Shown: piece by piece, positions 1 through 10,729 of the stretch
How the letters are laid out: each line of letters begins with the position of its first letter
How positions within the stretch are numbered: position 1 is the stretch's first letter
Virus record (IMG/VR): IMGVR_UViG_3300008111_000003
Direction: 5' to 3' (one strand)
Source: a virus
Length of the DNA stretch: 64,000 nt
Translations under genes and position numbers: made by a program
Notes under the pieces: generated by a model
Databases searched by the model: none
Seen by the model: only the letters and a program-made list of their open reading frames with translations
What the model was told of the DNA's origin: nothing

Positions 1-923
1 CTTTGTAAAGTTCCCCCATTATTTTTTTGTACTCTTGGAGGATTAGTCGCTTTCAGTTTTCTACTAATTTTATTTTGAGTAATCTGATTATTACGCAAAA
101 ATTTGATTTGTTCATTACGATTTCTTGTAATATCTTTTACTTTATCTAATAGATGTCTATTAAGAGAACCAAATTTGGGTGTATAGGTTCTAAATTCATA
201 GTTTGTTGATATACCCTGAGATCCATAACTAAAATTAATAGAGGACAATGTGGGTCCTGCTCCACCCAAAGCCATACCAAGATTGCCTAGGGCTGGCATA
301 CCAGGAACAGTAACACTTCCAGTTTCTGACTTTACTAAACCGATAGCAGAAGATTCTACTATTGATCTACCAGCAGTATTCATTGCTTGTACTGATCCGT
401 ATACCCAAGGACACAAATCACTATTTATTTCTACCTGGGTTCCACCACAACTAGATCCAAAATTATTAGAAGCATATGGTCCATAAGTTGCTATATTGCT
501 TTTCATCGGAATAACAGCCGCAGCAGGAGCAACAGCAGCAGGAGTCCATGATAAAGCATTTATCGCATTGGCATCTACTGCTCCCTGAGCAACTTGAATA
601 TTTTGACCATTCTGGTTACTCTCATTTACACCTTGACTAAGAGAGGTGGCTTTTCCCTCGTCTGGAGGATTTGCGGTATTACGATAATAAGACGAGTCAC
701 CATCAGACACCAAATTGGCTAATTCTGGTTTTAAATTAGCTTGATCGTTGCACGGAGTAGCCTCACACATATCGCCAAATTTAATCACAGCATATAGTCT
801 ATTCCCAATGAAATAAATTTTTTCATCAACTTCTGCTCTAATCCAAGCAGCATCATTAATATGAATAATTTCATCTAATGGTAGTTTAGTTAAATCTAAT
901 TTTCCACACTCTACTCCGGCCAT
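1..923 (-). CDS. Tail-associated virion protein, truncated by the window edge
   Basis: ATG at 923 (MAGVECGKLDLTKLP...) after GAAAG; frame stays open to position 1; lies in the tail module; absent from the ORF track because it is partial. Confidence 0.6.
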   Translation of the reverse strand, partial: MAGVECGKLDLTKLPLDEIIHINDAAWIRAEVDEKIYFIGNRLYAVIKFGDMCEATPCNDQANLKPELANLVSDGDSSYYRNTANPPDEGKATSLSQGVNESNQNGQNIQVAQGAVDANAINALSWTPAAVAPAAAVIPMKSNIATYGPYASNNFGSSCGGTQVEINSDLCPWVYGSVQAMNTAGRSIVESSAIGLVKSETGSVTVPGMPALGNLGMALGGAGPTLSSINFSYGSQGISTNYEFRTYTPKFGSLNRHLLDKVKDITRNRNEQIKFLRNNQITQNKISRKLKATNPPRVQKNNGGTLQ

Positions 924-938
924 ATTTATCTTTCTATA

Positions 939-2648
939 TTATTGTGGAGGTGTAATTGGTGTATCTGATACGGAGCCTTCGCCCTCAGCATGAACTTTAT
1001 TTTCTAGCTTTCCTGCCGCTCCACCTTCTGGAATATCAAATTTACCAGCAACATTGAATATAGCAAAAGCATTAATTCTATTATCATCTGATCTAAAAAA
1101 TCCGAGTTCTGGATCTCTAAGACCCAAAACTGGAACATCTCCATCTACCCATCCACCCTCGTTTGTTGGAACATCCGTAAAGATTTTTTCTTGAAATTTT
1201 TCACCCTGATGATAACATATGGTTTGATTTAATGGAACTAACCATTGTTTGCCATAATAGGTTGTGCCTAGATTTTGTACAAATCTATGAATAGCCTCTA
1301 AGTCCATTAGTTGTTTTGGTTTGCCCATTTCTGCTCCACCTTGTCTTGGATTAAGATACATATCCACTAATTTTTTATATTGTTCAGCGTTATTGATATT
1401 ACCATTAGCCCTAAAAGCTTCTAGAGCTTTTTTTATTTCTTGTTGACACTCTAAATATGTTTGTTTAATAGCGTTATTTAGTGTATTAGCTGGTGGCTGA
1501 CCCTCATCAACTTTATCAGTTTCTGGATCTAATGCTCTCTTATGCCATAAGTCAAAAGAGGCCATTGCTGATCTTATATCTAATTCTGATATTTCATATG
1601 GTCCGTTGGGACCAACCTGAAGTGGTCCTGGTGTTGGATCCCCATCCTCTTCTTCTGGTGGAATATCAGCACCTCTTACGCCACTTAATGGTTGGAATAA
1701 ACTAGCATTTAGAGCATCTATTCTTTTTCTAATCCAAAATCCAGTTACTCCTTTTTTTGCATAGGCGACAACTGGTATTAGTTGATCTCCAGAGATATCT
1801 TCGCCAAAAAAGAACTTAAAATTATTTACATAACTAAGATAGTGTTGTTTTTCTCCAAAAATTAATGTTTTAGTTTTTTCATTTCTTAATTCTTGTCCAT
1901 AACTTAATTCTGTAGCCTGTCCATTAAACTCAGTAATAATAGAAGCAAAACTGGGTGGAGGTTGTCTTAAGTCTATTAATCCAACAGAAATAATAGCTCC
2001 AGGATTTAGTGTAACATAAAATTCAAAACCTAAAATATCACAAACATCTTGCAATAGCTGTAAAATAGTGACAGACGGTCCAGAAACTCGATAGTAGTCT
2101 GGTACGTTTTGTGGAAAAGAATTAAAATCTATACTAAACAAAAATCCTGTGGGACTACATACTATTGGAGACATCTCTTTTAATTTATCGATAATTTTAT
2201 TATATGGCATACCTCTTTCAGACGAACCAGAATCACCAAATACACTGCATTGTTCGCTCAATACCTTTCCCTCATATGCCGCATAAACATTAAAGTAATT
2301 TACGGAAGTAACCGGAGAACCTAAATAAGAATCAACTATTACTATGCAATTTTCTAATAATTGTCTAGGATCAGATACCTTCACATTATATGTTTTACCA
2401 GAACCACCCTGACTAACTGTCCAATTGGTCAATATTCCGCCAAAACTAAAACCATAACCAGTATCAAAATAAACGGGCGCGCCAACATCTATTAATCCTG
2501 CTATTGGTGAAAAAGCATCTCCTTCTTCGCAGTCGTCTACTAGATCCACATTAAGAGTGCTTTCTGTAGCTCCTACTCCTAAACTAGTATTGAATGATAA
2601 TACAGTAGAGTTCAAAAATTTAATCGGTGATGTTATAATATCAGCCAT
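939..2648 (-). CDS. Tail protein (hub/Tal-like)
   Basis: 569 aa; downstream of tape measure; beta-rich N-terminus (F.G.L..W...G..Y.V.V.DPR) typical of tail hub proteins; position-based. Confidence 0.5.
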   Translation of the reverse strand: MADIITSPIKFLNSTVLSFNTSLGVGATESTLNVDLVDDCEEGDAFSPIAGLIDVGAPVYFDTGYGFSFGGILTNWTVSQGGSGKTYNVKVSDPRQLLENCIVIVDSYLGSPVTSVNYFNVYAAYEGKVLSEQCSVFGDSGSSERGMPYNKIIDKLKEMSPIVCSPTGFLFSIDFNSFPQNVPDYYRVSGPSVTILQLLQDVCDILGFEFYVTLNPGAIISVGLIDLRQPPPSFASIITEFNGQATELSYGQELRNEKTKTLIFGEKQHYLSYVNNFKFFFGEDISGDQLIPVVAYAKKGVTGFWIRKRIDALNASLFQPLSGVRGADIPPEEEDGDPTPGPLQVGPNGPYEISELDIRSAMASFDLWHKRALDPETDKVDEGQPPANTLNNAIKQTYLECQQEIKKALEAFRANGNINNAEQYKKLVDMYLNPRQGGAEMGKPKQLMDLEAIHRFVQNLGTTYYGKQWLVPLNQTICYHQGEKFQEKIFTDVPTNEGGWVDGDVPVLGLRDPELGFFRSDDNRINAFAIFNVAGKFDIPEGGAAGKLENKVHAEGEGSVSDTPITPPQ

Positions 2649-4464
2649 TATTTTTATCCTCGTATAATGTACAAGCTGGATTGCATGTATAACTCAAATT
2701 AATAGTAAAAGACCCATTTAATGGATTTGAGGTATATTGTTTTTGTGTTATAGTATATGTTCCTGGTGGTGGCAAGGTGATTGGTAAGTATCCAGCATCA
2801 TAACAATTTACATCAAAATTATCTAATATATAATCCATATCAATTTTTGAGGGTTTTCCTTTTGGACTTTTATCTATTCCTTGGATGGTAATTGTTACCT
2901 TTTTCGATGTGTATGTACCAAGTTCTTGAATAATCGCACAACTGTTACTGTTTGGTATATTAAATACAGCAGTAACTTTTGTAGGATTAGTTATTTGTAT
3001 CGATATATCTTGAAATTTGGATGAACAATACTTGCTATTAGTATATTCTATACTATAATTAATAGTACCAGCATTATAATCGTGTGTCAAGTTAAAAGTA
3101 CTAGGATGTGGTGGATCCGGTATGCAATCCTGAATTTGTGGTGTTGTACCTAGTTTATCTGCGGTTATTCCTAAATTATCTTTATATTGCTTCTTTAAGT
3201 CTCTTTTATCGCATTCTCCAGTATTATTCCCATAAACTTGTATCAGCTTATCTAATAAATTTTTAGCATTATTATACTTATTACTATTGGCCTCTCTGTG
3301 TATAAATAGATTTCCTTTATTTGGTAATTCTATTGGAGTTGGATTATTAATAATTCCACCTTCTATTAATCCTTCAATAGTGCCATTAAGACTTATACTA
3401 ATATTTTTCTTATTAGATTCCATTGTATTTTTAATAGACTTATTAATTGTGTGTTTAGTTTCCGGCGAACTCCAAGCTCCGTGAGTATTGGTTGTTTTTA
3501 CAATAGCTGTATATGTTGCAGAAAAGGAGCCCTCGGATTCTGAAATATCACATGAAATTTTTTCATTAAATACCTTATATTCCGCTAATCCGCCCATAAG
3601 TCCTGATCCACTAGGGACTATGTTATTGGATAGGGTTTGCAAGCCACTACATGCTGAAATACTGTTATCTTTCAGTACATTCTGAATCAGTCCTTTTACT
3701 TGTGTGAATAATCTTTCTTGCACAAAATTTTTAGCTTGTTCATATGCTGGTAATAATTTAGCATCGTGATTTGTTGTAGAATCTTCTGTTTCATTATAAT
3801 CCCAATGATGTTTGCCAGTAGCAGAAATAGTGTACTGAATATTAAATGCACTATTATTAATATTCATATCTATATTTTCATCATTTTTTCGTAATTTATT
3901 AAATGCTTCATTTTCATCAAAAGTAAAAGACCAACTATCACTAAATATCTTTAATTTATATTTATCTAATAAGAAACTATAGCTAGAATTATCTAGAAAA
4001 ACAGAACAGTTATCCGAAGAAGGAGTGTCTCCAAAATCAATGTGGTTGAACTCTATAGAAGCACTATATTCAGCATAGTGTATCCAGTTATTACTCGATG
4101 GTTCTATACTAAAAGATCTAAGTATACCACCCCTGGCTCTAAGAATATGTGTTGAATTAGTATCGTTTTTAATAACATGTAAAACACTACCATTTTGACT
4201 AAGTATTTTTCTAAGAGTATGTATATGATCAATCACAGCACCAATGCCGTAAGTTTCACTTTCTACCACAGCATTGTCTGTATGATTTCTTAGATCAAGT
4301 CCAGTAATAACACCTTTTAAATTAATAATATATGTATATCCTATAATAGTTTCATTACTATAGTTGAATTCTACAGAAATATCCATATCTGGCGCTGGAA
4401 TTAGCCTATTCTCATTTTTTATAGGCCCATAATATATTTTGATATCTGGTTTATATGTACTCAT
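2641..4464 (-). CDS. Minor tail protein (paralog of 4471-6216)
   Basis: 607 aa; shares IIGYTY, SATGK, NEKI(S/T)C, SES(E/D)G(S/T)FS, H(D/N)Y..GTI.Y and IIQ.LG motifs with its neighbour. Confidence 0.55.
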   Translation of the reverse strand: MSTYKPDIKIYYGPIKNENRLIPAPDMDISVEFNYSNETIIGYTYIINLKGVITGLDLRNHTDNAVVESETYGIGAVIDHIHTLRKILSQNGSVLHVIKNDTNSTHILRARGGILRSFSIEPSSNNWIHYAEYSASIEFNHIDFGDTPSSDNCSVFLDNSSYSFLLDKYKLKIFSDSWSFTFDENEAFNKLRKNDENIDMNINNSAFNIQYTISATGKHHWDYNETEDSTTNHDAKLLPAYEQAKNFVQERLFTQVKGLIQNVLKDNSISACSGLQTLSNNIVPSGSGLMGGLAEYKVFNEKISCDISESEGSFSATYTAIVKTTNTHGAWSSPETKHTINKSIKNTMESNKKNISISLNGTIEGLIEGGIINNPTPIELPNKGNLFIHREANSNKYNNAKNLLDKLIQVYGNNTGECDKRDLKKQYKDNLGITADKLGTTPQIQDCIPDPPHPSTFNLTHDYNAGTINYSIEYTNSKYCSSKFQDISIQITNPTKVTAVFNIPNSNSCAIIQELGTYTSKKVTITIQGIDKSPKGKPSKIDMDYILDNFDVNCYDAGYLPITLPPPGTYTITQKQYTSNPLNGSFTINLSYTCNPACTLYEDKNNG

Positions 4465-4470
4465 ATACGT

Positions 4471-6216
4471 TTACCTTGACACATATTCTAAGGAAATACT
4501 ATACGAACCGTCGAGCATATTATGATTGTAATCTTCTTTGGTTTTGATCCAATTATTATTATTTAGATTAATTAGATCATCTATGTTAGACATTGGAATT
4601 TCAAAAGGACTATTACAAAAATCATCAATATTGCATCTTCTATTAGATGGTGATGCTCCTTCTATTGATATGGATATGGTTCTTGATGTTTTCATGCCTA
4701 AATTTTGGATTATTGGTCCGCCAATACGACCAGGAACCACAAACTCCTGTATAATATCAACAGGATCGTTTCTAACTATACTTATATTATTAAATCCCGA
4801 ATCTATCGATAATGTATTAGCTCTATCATAAGTAGCATTGTATGTAATAGTACCATTATGATAATTATGATCTAGACTAAAATTAGATGGTTTTGGATAT
4901 TCTCCTGTGGCATTAGGAACATCTATAAATAATGCTGCTTTATTTATACCTAATTTATTTTTAATATCATCTCTAAGATCAGAAGTGTCACCAACATTAT
5001 CTATATAGTAACTATAAGCATTGCTGTATTTACTTTCTAATCCACTAACGCTAGTGATTAAAGTGCCAGTTTGTGGTAATATAAAATCACTAACATTATA
5101 ATATATAAATCCTCCTCTAACTAATCCTGTTATGGTCCCTTGTATGGCCAAGGATGCAGTTTTACCACCTCCATCATTTCCTTCATTATCTGTTTTACTA
5201 AAAGTGTGCAATGCCGCATTAGACAGTGGATTCTTGGTTTTATCATATCTCTTTATTAAAGCTTCATACTGAATAGAGAATGTTCCATCTGACTCCGAAG
5301 TATTACATGTAATTTTTTCATTATATACATCATATAAAGGATTAGTTCCACAGTCCTTTATAGTTTCAAAGGTGTTAGCATCCATAGAGTCAAACATTCC
5401 AGATTCTCGTGGAAGAACACCAGATGCTGAAAGTTTGTGCAAAATAGATATATTTCTGGTGGCATCACAACTAGAAATAATATCTTTTTCAATAGGCAGA
5501 ATGCCCTGAATAAGATTATTTATTTGTTTATATAGCTTATCTTGTACAAACAGTCTGGCTTGTTGCCATGCTGGTACTATTTTATCATTCACATAATACT
5601 GTTTACCTGTGGCAGATATGTCATAATTTACTCTAAAAGTATTGTTATAAAATCCCAGCGATTGATTATAGATATCATCTTCTATATTAATAGTCCATTG
5701 ATCATTAAATGCTTTTATTTTAAATTTTTTGAAGTCTACTAAATGATCTGAAACCACATTATAGTTTTGCAGTTGGTGAAAAATACTAGTATCACAAGAA
5801 ATATTTGGGTTGCCAGAACATCCTGTAAGATTGACCTCATTAAATTCTAATTCTATGGTAAAGGGAGAGTAATTGATCCACTTATCATCAGATTGATTAA
5901 ACTGAATAGTTTTTATACTAGCGCCACTAGCGGCGAATATAGTACTATCTCCATCTTTTACTAATAAATTTTTACCATTAAGATTAAATATCTCGGTAAT
6001 CGTTTTGATATGATCAACAGTATATTCTGGCCCGTACTGTAAATTACTATTCTCTGATGGTATACCTGTAGCCGCAATAGCATTTGCATATCCGTTTAAT
6101 GTAACATTATATGTATATCCTATGATATTATCATTAGCATAATAAATTTCAGGATTAATTGAAATCGACGGTGCGGGTTTTATAATTTTATTATTATAAC
6201 TAACTATAATAGACAT
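4471..6216 (-). CDS. Minor tail protein (distal-tail position)
   Basis: Likely start ATG 6216 (MSIIVSYNNK); the ORF-track extension overlaps the TMP end; first gene after the tape measure. Confidence 0.55.
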   Translation of the reverse strand: MSIIVSYNNKIIKPAPSISINPEIYYANDNIIGYTYNVTLNGYANAIAATGIPSENSNLQYGPEYTVDHIKTITEIFNLNGKNLLVKDGDSTIFAASGASIKTIQFNQSDDKWINYSPFTIELEFNEVNLTGCSGNPNISCDTSIFHQLQNYNVVSDHLVDFKKFKIKAFNDQWTINIEDDIYNQSLGFYNNTFRVNYDISATGKQYYVNDKIVPAWQQARLFVQDKLYKQINNLIQGILPIEKDIISSCDATRNISILHKLSASGVLPRESGMFDSMDANTFETIKDCGTNPLYDVYNEKITCNTSESDGTFSIQYEALIKRYDKTKNPLSNAALHTFSKTDNEGNDGGGKTASLAIQGTITGLVRGGFIYYNVSDFILPQTGTLITSVSGLESKYSNAYSYYIDNVGDTSDLRDDIKNKLGINKAALFIDVPNATGEYPKPSNFSLDHNYHNGTITYNATYDRANTLSIDSGFNNISIVRNDPVDIIQEFVVPGRIGGPIIQNLGMKTSRTISISIEGASPSNRRCNIDDFCNSPFEIPMSNIDDLINLNNNNWIKTKEDYNHNMLDGSYSISLEYVSR

Positions 6217-6217
6217 T

Positions 6218-9200
6218 TTATTTATTTCCCTTGGATGATGGTTTTGATCCTGGTCTAACTCCCAATGCACCACCAGTAGTATTCCAGAGAGATGCCATTT
6301 TTTCACTAACAACGGTATTAATCATATCTTTGATACCTTGTTGTAGAGCTTCAAAAGCTGCTGCTCCACTAACTCGAACATCAACCACATGATTACCTTC
6401 CATCTTAATAGATTCTGGTATAGTTGGGAATTGAAAACTAACTAATTGATTAACATATTCACCAAATTTAGCATTGAACTCATTCAATCCTTTTAGCGAT
6501 GCTGGATCTAGAGTTAGTAATTGACCAGTTTGTTCTGTGGGCTGAGTTGTTGTGAAGGCTGTTTGTCTTCTAACTTGATTATCGTTTTGTACAGTTTGTG
6601 GTAAACTTGAGGGGACTGGTGGTGATGAAACTGGACTACCATAACGAGAAACAGATTCGGTTGCTGGTTGAACTGCATTGTCTACAGATAGTGCATTTTG
6701 TTCTTGACTAGTTAGTGTTTCTCCTGCTGCTTTTCTACGTCTCAATTCATCCATATCTTTTTGGTGTTGTTGTGCAATAACACCGGCTCTATTCATAGCT
6801 TCTTGTTGCTGTGGTGTTAATTGGGATAATGCGGTTTGAGAAACTTGAACTTCTGGTTTAGTTCCACTAACTGTTGCGGATATCTGGCCTTCTTGTTGTG
6901 GTTTTAATATTTGTTCTTGTTCTGAAATTAGCATATTTTGTTTTTCTAATGTTTTTTTATCAAGATCTACTTGTCTTTGGGCTTCTTCAACATTCTTATT
7001 GCCCTTTAGAGTTCCAGCGCCCATAGCAGCAATTCTAGCATATTTTAAGCGTTTTTCATTTTTTGCTAATTGTTTTTTTCTATCATCTCTAATTTTGCTA
7101 ATTCTTGATATTTCAGATTTTGCTATCTTTTCTAGTTCTTGTTTCGCTTTCGCTTTTCGTTGCTCGCTTGGAGATAATTGAGCTGTTGTTGTTGATGGTG
7201 TGGTACTAGTTGTTGTTTGTGGTTTTTGTTGAGCGGAAGTCTGTTGTAGTCTTTTTCTAATTTCTTCTTTTCTCTTGTTTAACTCATCTAGAGTTGCTGG
7301 TGGATTTTGTCTAGCTTGCGCACTTTGAGCTGTTGCTGTGGATACTCTTTGTGCTCTGGTTGCATCTTCTTGTTTTTTCTGTTCAGCCTTGGTTTTTTCT
7401 TTTTCTTGCTTCTCTTGCTGTATCATAGTATCAGCAGCAGCAGATTCGGCTTCAGCTTGTTGCTTAATTGTTTTTTGTGTATCTCTCTTGCGTTTTAGAT
7501 CTTTAAGTTCACGTTCTTTAATAGCAACTTCTGTTGATGCTCCTTGTTCCCATCCTAATTTACTTTTTGCTTTTGTAACCTCTGTTTCTTTATCTTTAAT
7601 TTTTTGATCTAATTTAGCTGTCTGTTTTTCAGCATCTTGTTTTTTCTTTTCCGCTTCTGCTTTGGCACTTTCTGCTTTGGATGTTGGTTTAGTCTCTGGT
7701 TTAGTCTCTGCATCAGTTCTTGCATCTTTAACAGCTTCTGTTAATATTCTGGGAAATTCTGTGGCTAAAAATGTTTGTAAGCCGATCATGGCTTCTTGAA
7801 TATGTAGTGCTTGTAATTCATTAAGCATAGCAAGCTCTTCATTCGCCTTGACTTGAGTTGCAACAGCTTCTCTATAAGCTTTAACATTTGGGTCCTCTTC
7901 ACTAACACCACCTTCGATACGTTTGATAAAATCATCCACGGTCATGCTAATTCCGCCCTTTTGAATCATACTTTGTCCAGTAAGACCTTGGGCTTCTAAA
8001 CTTTTTCTCATCAACATACCACGTTGTTTACGATATTCCTCTGTGCTAAGGAACTCTTTATCTTGTTCTAGTCCGGCAAAAGCATCTTGCCTGAAAGTTC
8101 TACTCTTAAATTGTTCTGCTCCAGCAGTTTTAGCCAATTCAAGCGCTGCTGATTGTCTATTCATCTTGAACAGTTCTTCTGGACCAGAAGTAAATATTTT
8201 TTCGAATCTATTTCCTATGCCCTCTATTTGACGTTGTTGTTCCTGAATTTTAGATAATGCATTAGCCGCTTTAGTACCATCATTAGCTAATTTTTCCAGT
8301 GCTTGTCTACCTTCATTTATAGCTACGTTATTAGCTCCAATAGCAGCAATATTTTTTTGTTGTTCTGCTAAGAGCTGCGCGCCAGCATCAGGTCCACCAC
8401 CAGCCATACCCACATTACCCAGCGTTACATTAGCAGCTTGTAATTGTTGATTTTGTGCTGTTGCGGCTACTATACCATTAGCTATTGCTGTTGGATCAGT
8501 TGTTCCGCCAGGCACAAGACCCTGTGTGAGATTTCTAACCTCAAAATCAAACGGTTCATTCAGCTGTTGTAATGTTGGACTATTACCTAGCGCTTTGGCC
8601 AAATCTAGCTCTGCATTAATTCTAATTGATCCGGCTTTACGCATATACTCGTTACTTTGCATTATAACCTGATTATATTGATTTTGTAGATCAATACTCT
8701 GTTGTAAAGCATCATTATAAGTTTTAGATAGATTTTGTAAAGTTTTAGCCGCTTCAGCTGCTGTTGATGATAATTTGTCTATACCACCCTGAGCTATTTC
8801 ATCTGCTAATGTTCCTAATCCTCCCTCTCTTTCTTTACCCATTTGAATTTCTAGATCTTTTAGCATCTGATTAACAGCATCTCCACCTATGCCCATTGTA
8901 CCCATTTGATCTCGTAAACTCTTAATAATATCTCCAGCATCAGCTCCAGGGGCCCTTAGCATTGCTGGTAATTTATCTTGTAAAAATTTTGCGGCTTGGG
9001 CTTGTTGTCCAAGATTTTTAGCTTCTTCAGTGCCTCCAAGTTTGCCTACCATCTCATCTGTAGCCATCTTAACTTGATCAGACGAATAAGCGGCCATATT
9101 ACCAAGGATTCTTTCTGATCCACTACGATCAACTTTCTGAACACTGGCTTTACCTCCCAAACTATCAATTGTTGATTGGGTTTTATCCATCATATCAGAA

Positions 9201-10711
9201 ATTTCATCGCCAAATTTTTGAGCTCTGGCTCCAACTCGTCTATAAACATCTAATAAGCTTTCGGTAGCTAGTGCTATTTCTTTTGTTGAACGAGCTAATA
9301 ATTGTTGTTTAGCAAAAAGTTCTCCTTGAACTCTTACTGCTTCTTGGCCTTCTTTAATCGCAGCAGATCTATTTGATGAAATTTCCTTAGTTATTTGCTC
9401 ATCTGTTGCTCCGGACTCTTTTCTCTTTTTCATATAGGCATCAAGAGCCGCTCTTTCTTTTGCTTGAGCTGTAATAGCTTTTTCTTGTGCTGCTGTAAGT
9501 TGTTTTGTTCCATTTGCTGCTTCTGCTGCTTTGAGAGCTCCTTGAACATATTGATCAACAATAGGATTAAGTTCTCCGGTACCATTTTTAAGACTATCAA
9601 ATATTTTTCCAAGTTCCTCAGTTGACTTGCCTTTCATCTGAGTTTCTGCAAGTTTAACTGCGGATTCTTGTCGTTGTCCTGCTCCACTAACCATTACTCC
9701 CATAGCTTCAGTGCGTTGAGCTTCTGATGGAGTAGATAAATAGTCCATTAGCATTCCACCGGGACTAAGACCAAAACCAGTTTGTAATCCGCCCATAAGT
9801 ATTTTACCAATATCGCCTTCTTTAATTCCAGATGATAGTTGATCGGTACCACTAGATAAGGTAGAACCGATATTTTCAAAACCAACTTTACTGAATGCTA
9901 TAGACTCAATATCTTTGCTTGCATCTAGTACTGAACCAAATGCTTTTTGAGCATTTTGGAAATTAACATCACTAGCATCAGCATCTAATTTCTTAAATGC
10001 TTCATCTAGATTTCCAGTACTTTTAGCCATATTTTCTAAAGCATTAGTGAATATAGCTTGATTTTTAGCACTAAACCAACCATTAATACCACCAATAAGA
10101 GCGCCTCCTATACCACCAATCAAAGTACCTATTGGTCCAGCAAAAGATCCTAACTGAGCACCCATAGCAGCTCCAGCACCGGCTCCACCAAGTGCGCCCA
10201 AAGCTCCAGCAGTATTAGGGTCCGATGTTACTGATTTTGGTAAAAGTTGTTTAAGACCTTCTGCCCCAACAGCAACAGCGCTTCCTATACCACCAAATCC
10301 ACCCATCTTAGCAAAAAGTTGACTACCAGCCCCTCCTTTGCCACTGATAAAATCTGCCCCAGTTCCAAGTGCTTTACCAACACGAGTTCCAGCAAATGAT
10401 TTGGTTAATCCTGGAGCAAACTGAGCAAAAGCGCCAAATCTTTGACCCTCTCTACTTTGAACAAATTCTTGAGTCTTAGCCATTCTAGCATTAACGCCAC
10501 GCTCACCAAATTGTCTTTCTAATAACCCAATATCTGTGCCAGTTTCTTTAGATACTTGGGCTCTGGCCGCAGCTTGTGCTTCTGTTCGTGAAAGTCCTCC
10601 ATTTTTTCCTGTGCCTTGTACCGCTTTATTCAAAGCTTCTTGAGCTGATTGTAAATTACCAGTTGATAATTCTTGTGCTACTTCTTTAGCTCCTGCTGCT
10701 AATTTATCCAT
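6218..10711 (-). CDS. Tape measure protein, C-terminal part
   Basis: 1497 aa; Ala/Gln/Gly-rich helical; Gly-rich hydrophobic segment (GAAMGAQLGSFAGPIGTLIGG); in frame with the upstream TMP ORF across one TGA. Confidence 0.75.
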   Translation of the reverse strand: MDKLAAGAKEVAQELSTGNLQSAQEALNKAVQGTGKNGGLSRTEAQAAARAQVSKETGTDIGLLERQFGERGVNARMAKTQEFVQSREGQRFGAFAQFAPGLTKSFAGTRVGKALGTGADFISGKGGAGSQLFAKMGGFGGIGSAVAVGAEGLKQLLPKSVTSDPNTAGALGALGGAGAGAAMGAQLGSFAGPIGTLIGGIGGALIGGINGWFSAKNQAIFTNALENMAKSTGNLDEAFKKLDADASDVNFQNAQKAFGSVLDASKDIESIAFSKVGFENIGSTLSSGTDQLSSGIKEGDIGKILMGGLQTGFGLSPGGMLMDYLSTPSEAQRTEAMGVMVSGAGQRQESAVKLAETQMKGKSTEELGKIFDSLKNGTGELNPIVDQYVQGALKAAEAANGTKQLTAAQEKAITAQAKERAALDAYMKKRKESGATDEQITKEISSNRSAAIKEGQEAVRVQGELFAKQQLLARSTKEIALATESLLDVYRRVGARAQKFGDEISDMMDKTQSTIDSLGGKASVQKVDRSGSERILGNMAAYSSDQVKMATDEMVGKLGGTEEAKNLGQQAQAAKFLQDKLPAMLRAPGADAGDIIKSLRDQMGTMGIGGDAVNQMLKDLEIQMGKEREGGLGTLADEIAQGGIDKLSSTAAEAAKTLQNLSKTYNDALQQSIDLQNQYNQVIMQSNEYMRKAGSIRINAELDLAKALGNSPTLQQLNEPFDFEVRNLTQGLVPGGTTDPTAIANGIVAATAQNQQLQAANVTLGNVGMAGGGPDAGAQLLAEQQKNIAAIGANNVAINEGRQALEKLANDGTKAANALSKIQEQQRQIEGIGNRFEKIFTSGPEELFKMNRQSAALELAKTAGAEQFKSRTFRQDAFAGLEQDKEFLSTEEYRKQRGMLMRKSLEAQGLTGQSMIQKGGISMTVDDFIKRIEGGVSEEDPNVKAYREAVATQVKANEELAMLNELQALHIQEAMIGLQTFLATEFPRILTEAVKDARTDAETKPETKPTSKAESAKAEAEKKKQDAEKQTAKLDQKIKDKETEVTKAKSKLGWEQGASTEVAIKERELKDLKRKRDTQKTIKQQAEAESAAADTMIQQEKQEKEKTKAEQKKQEDATRAQRVSTATAQSAQARQNPPATLDELNKRKEEIRKRLQQTSAQQKPQTTTSTTPSTTTAQLSPSEQRKAKAKQELEKIAKSEISRISKIRDDRKKQLAKNEKRLKYARIAAMGAGTLKGNKNVEEAQRQVDLDKKTLEKQNMLISEQEQILKPQQEGQISATVSGTKPEVQVSQTALSQLTPQQQEAMNRAGVIAQQHQKDMDELRRRKAAGETLTSQEQNALSVDNAVQPATESVSRYGSPVSSPPVPSSLPQTVQNDNQVRRQTAFTTTQPTEQTGQLLTLDPASLKGLNEFNAKFGEYVNQLVSFQFPTIPESIKMEGNHVVDVRVSGAAAFEALQQGIKDMINTVVSEKMASLWNTTGGALGVRPGSKPSSKGNK

Positions 10712-10729
10712 ACCATCTTTAGTAGCAGC

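Noticed and set aside
921-941. In-frame TAA between the 939-2648 ORF and the ORF starting at 923 as a second read-through site
   Set aside because: The gap is AT-rich with a GAAAG RBS-like motif before the ATG; being in frame has a one-in-three chance.
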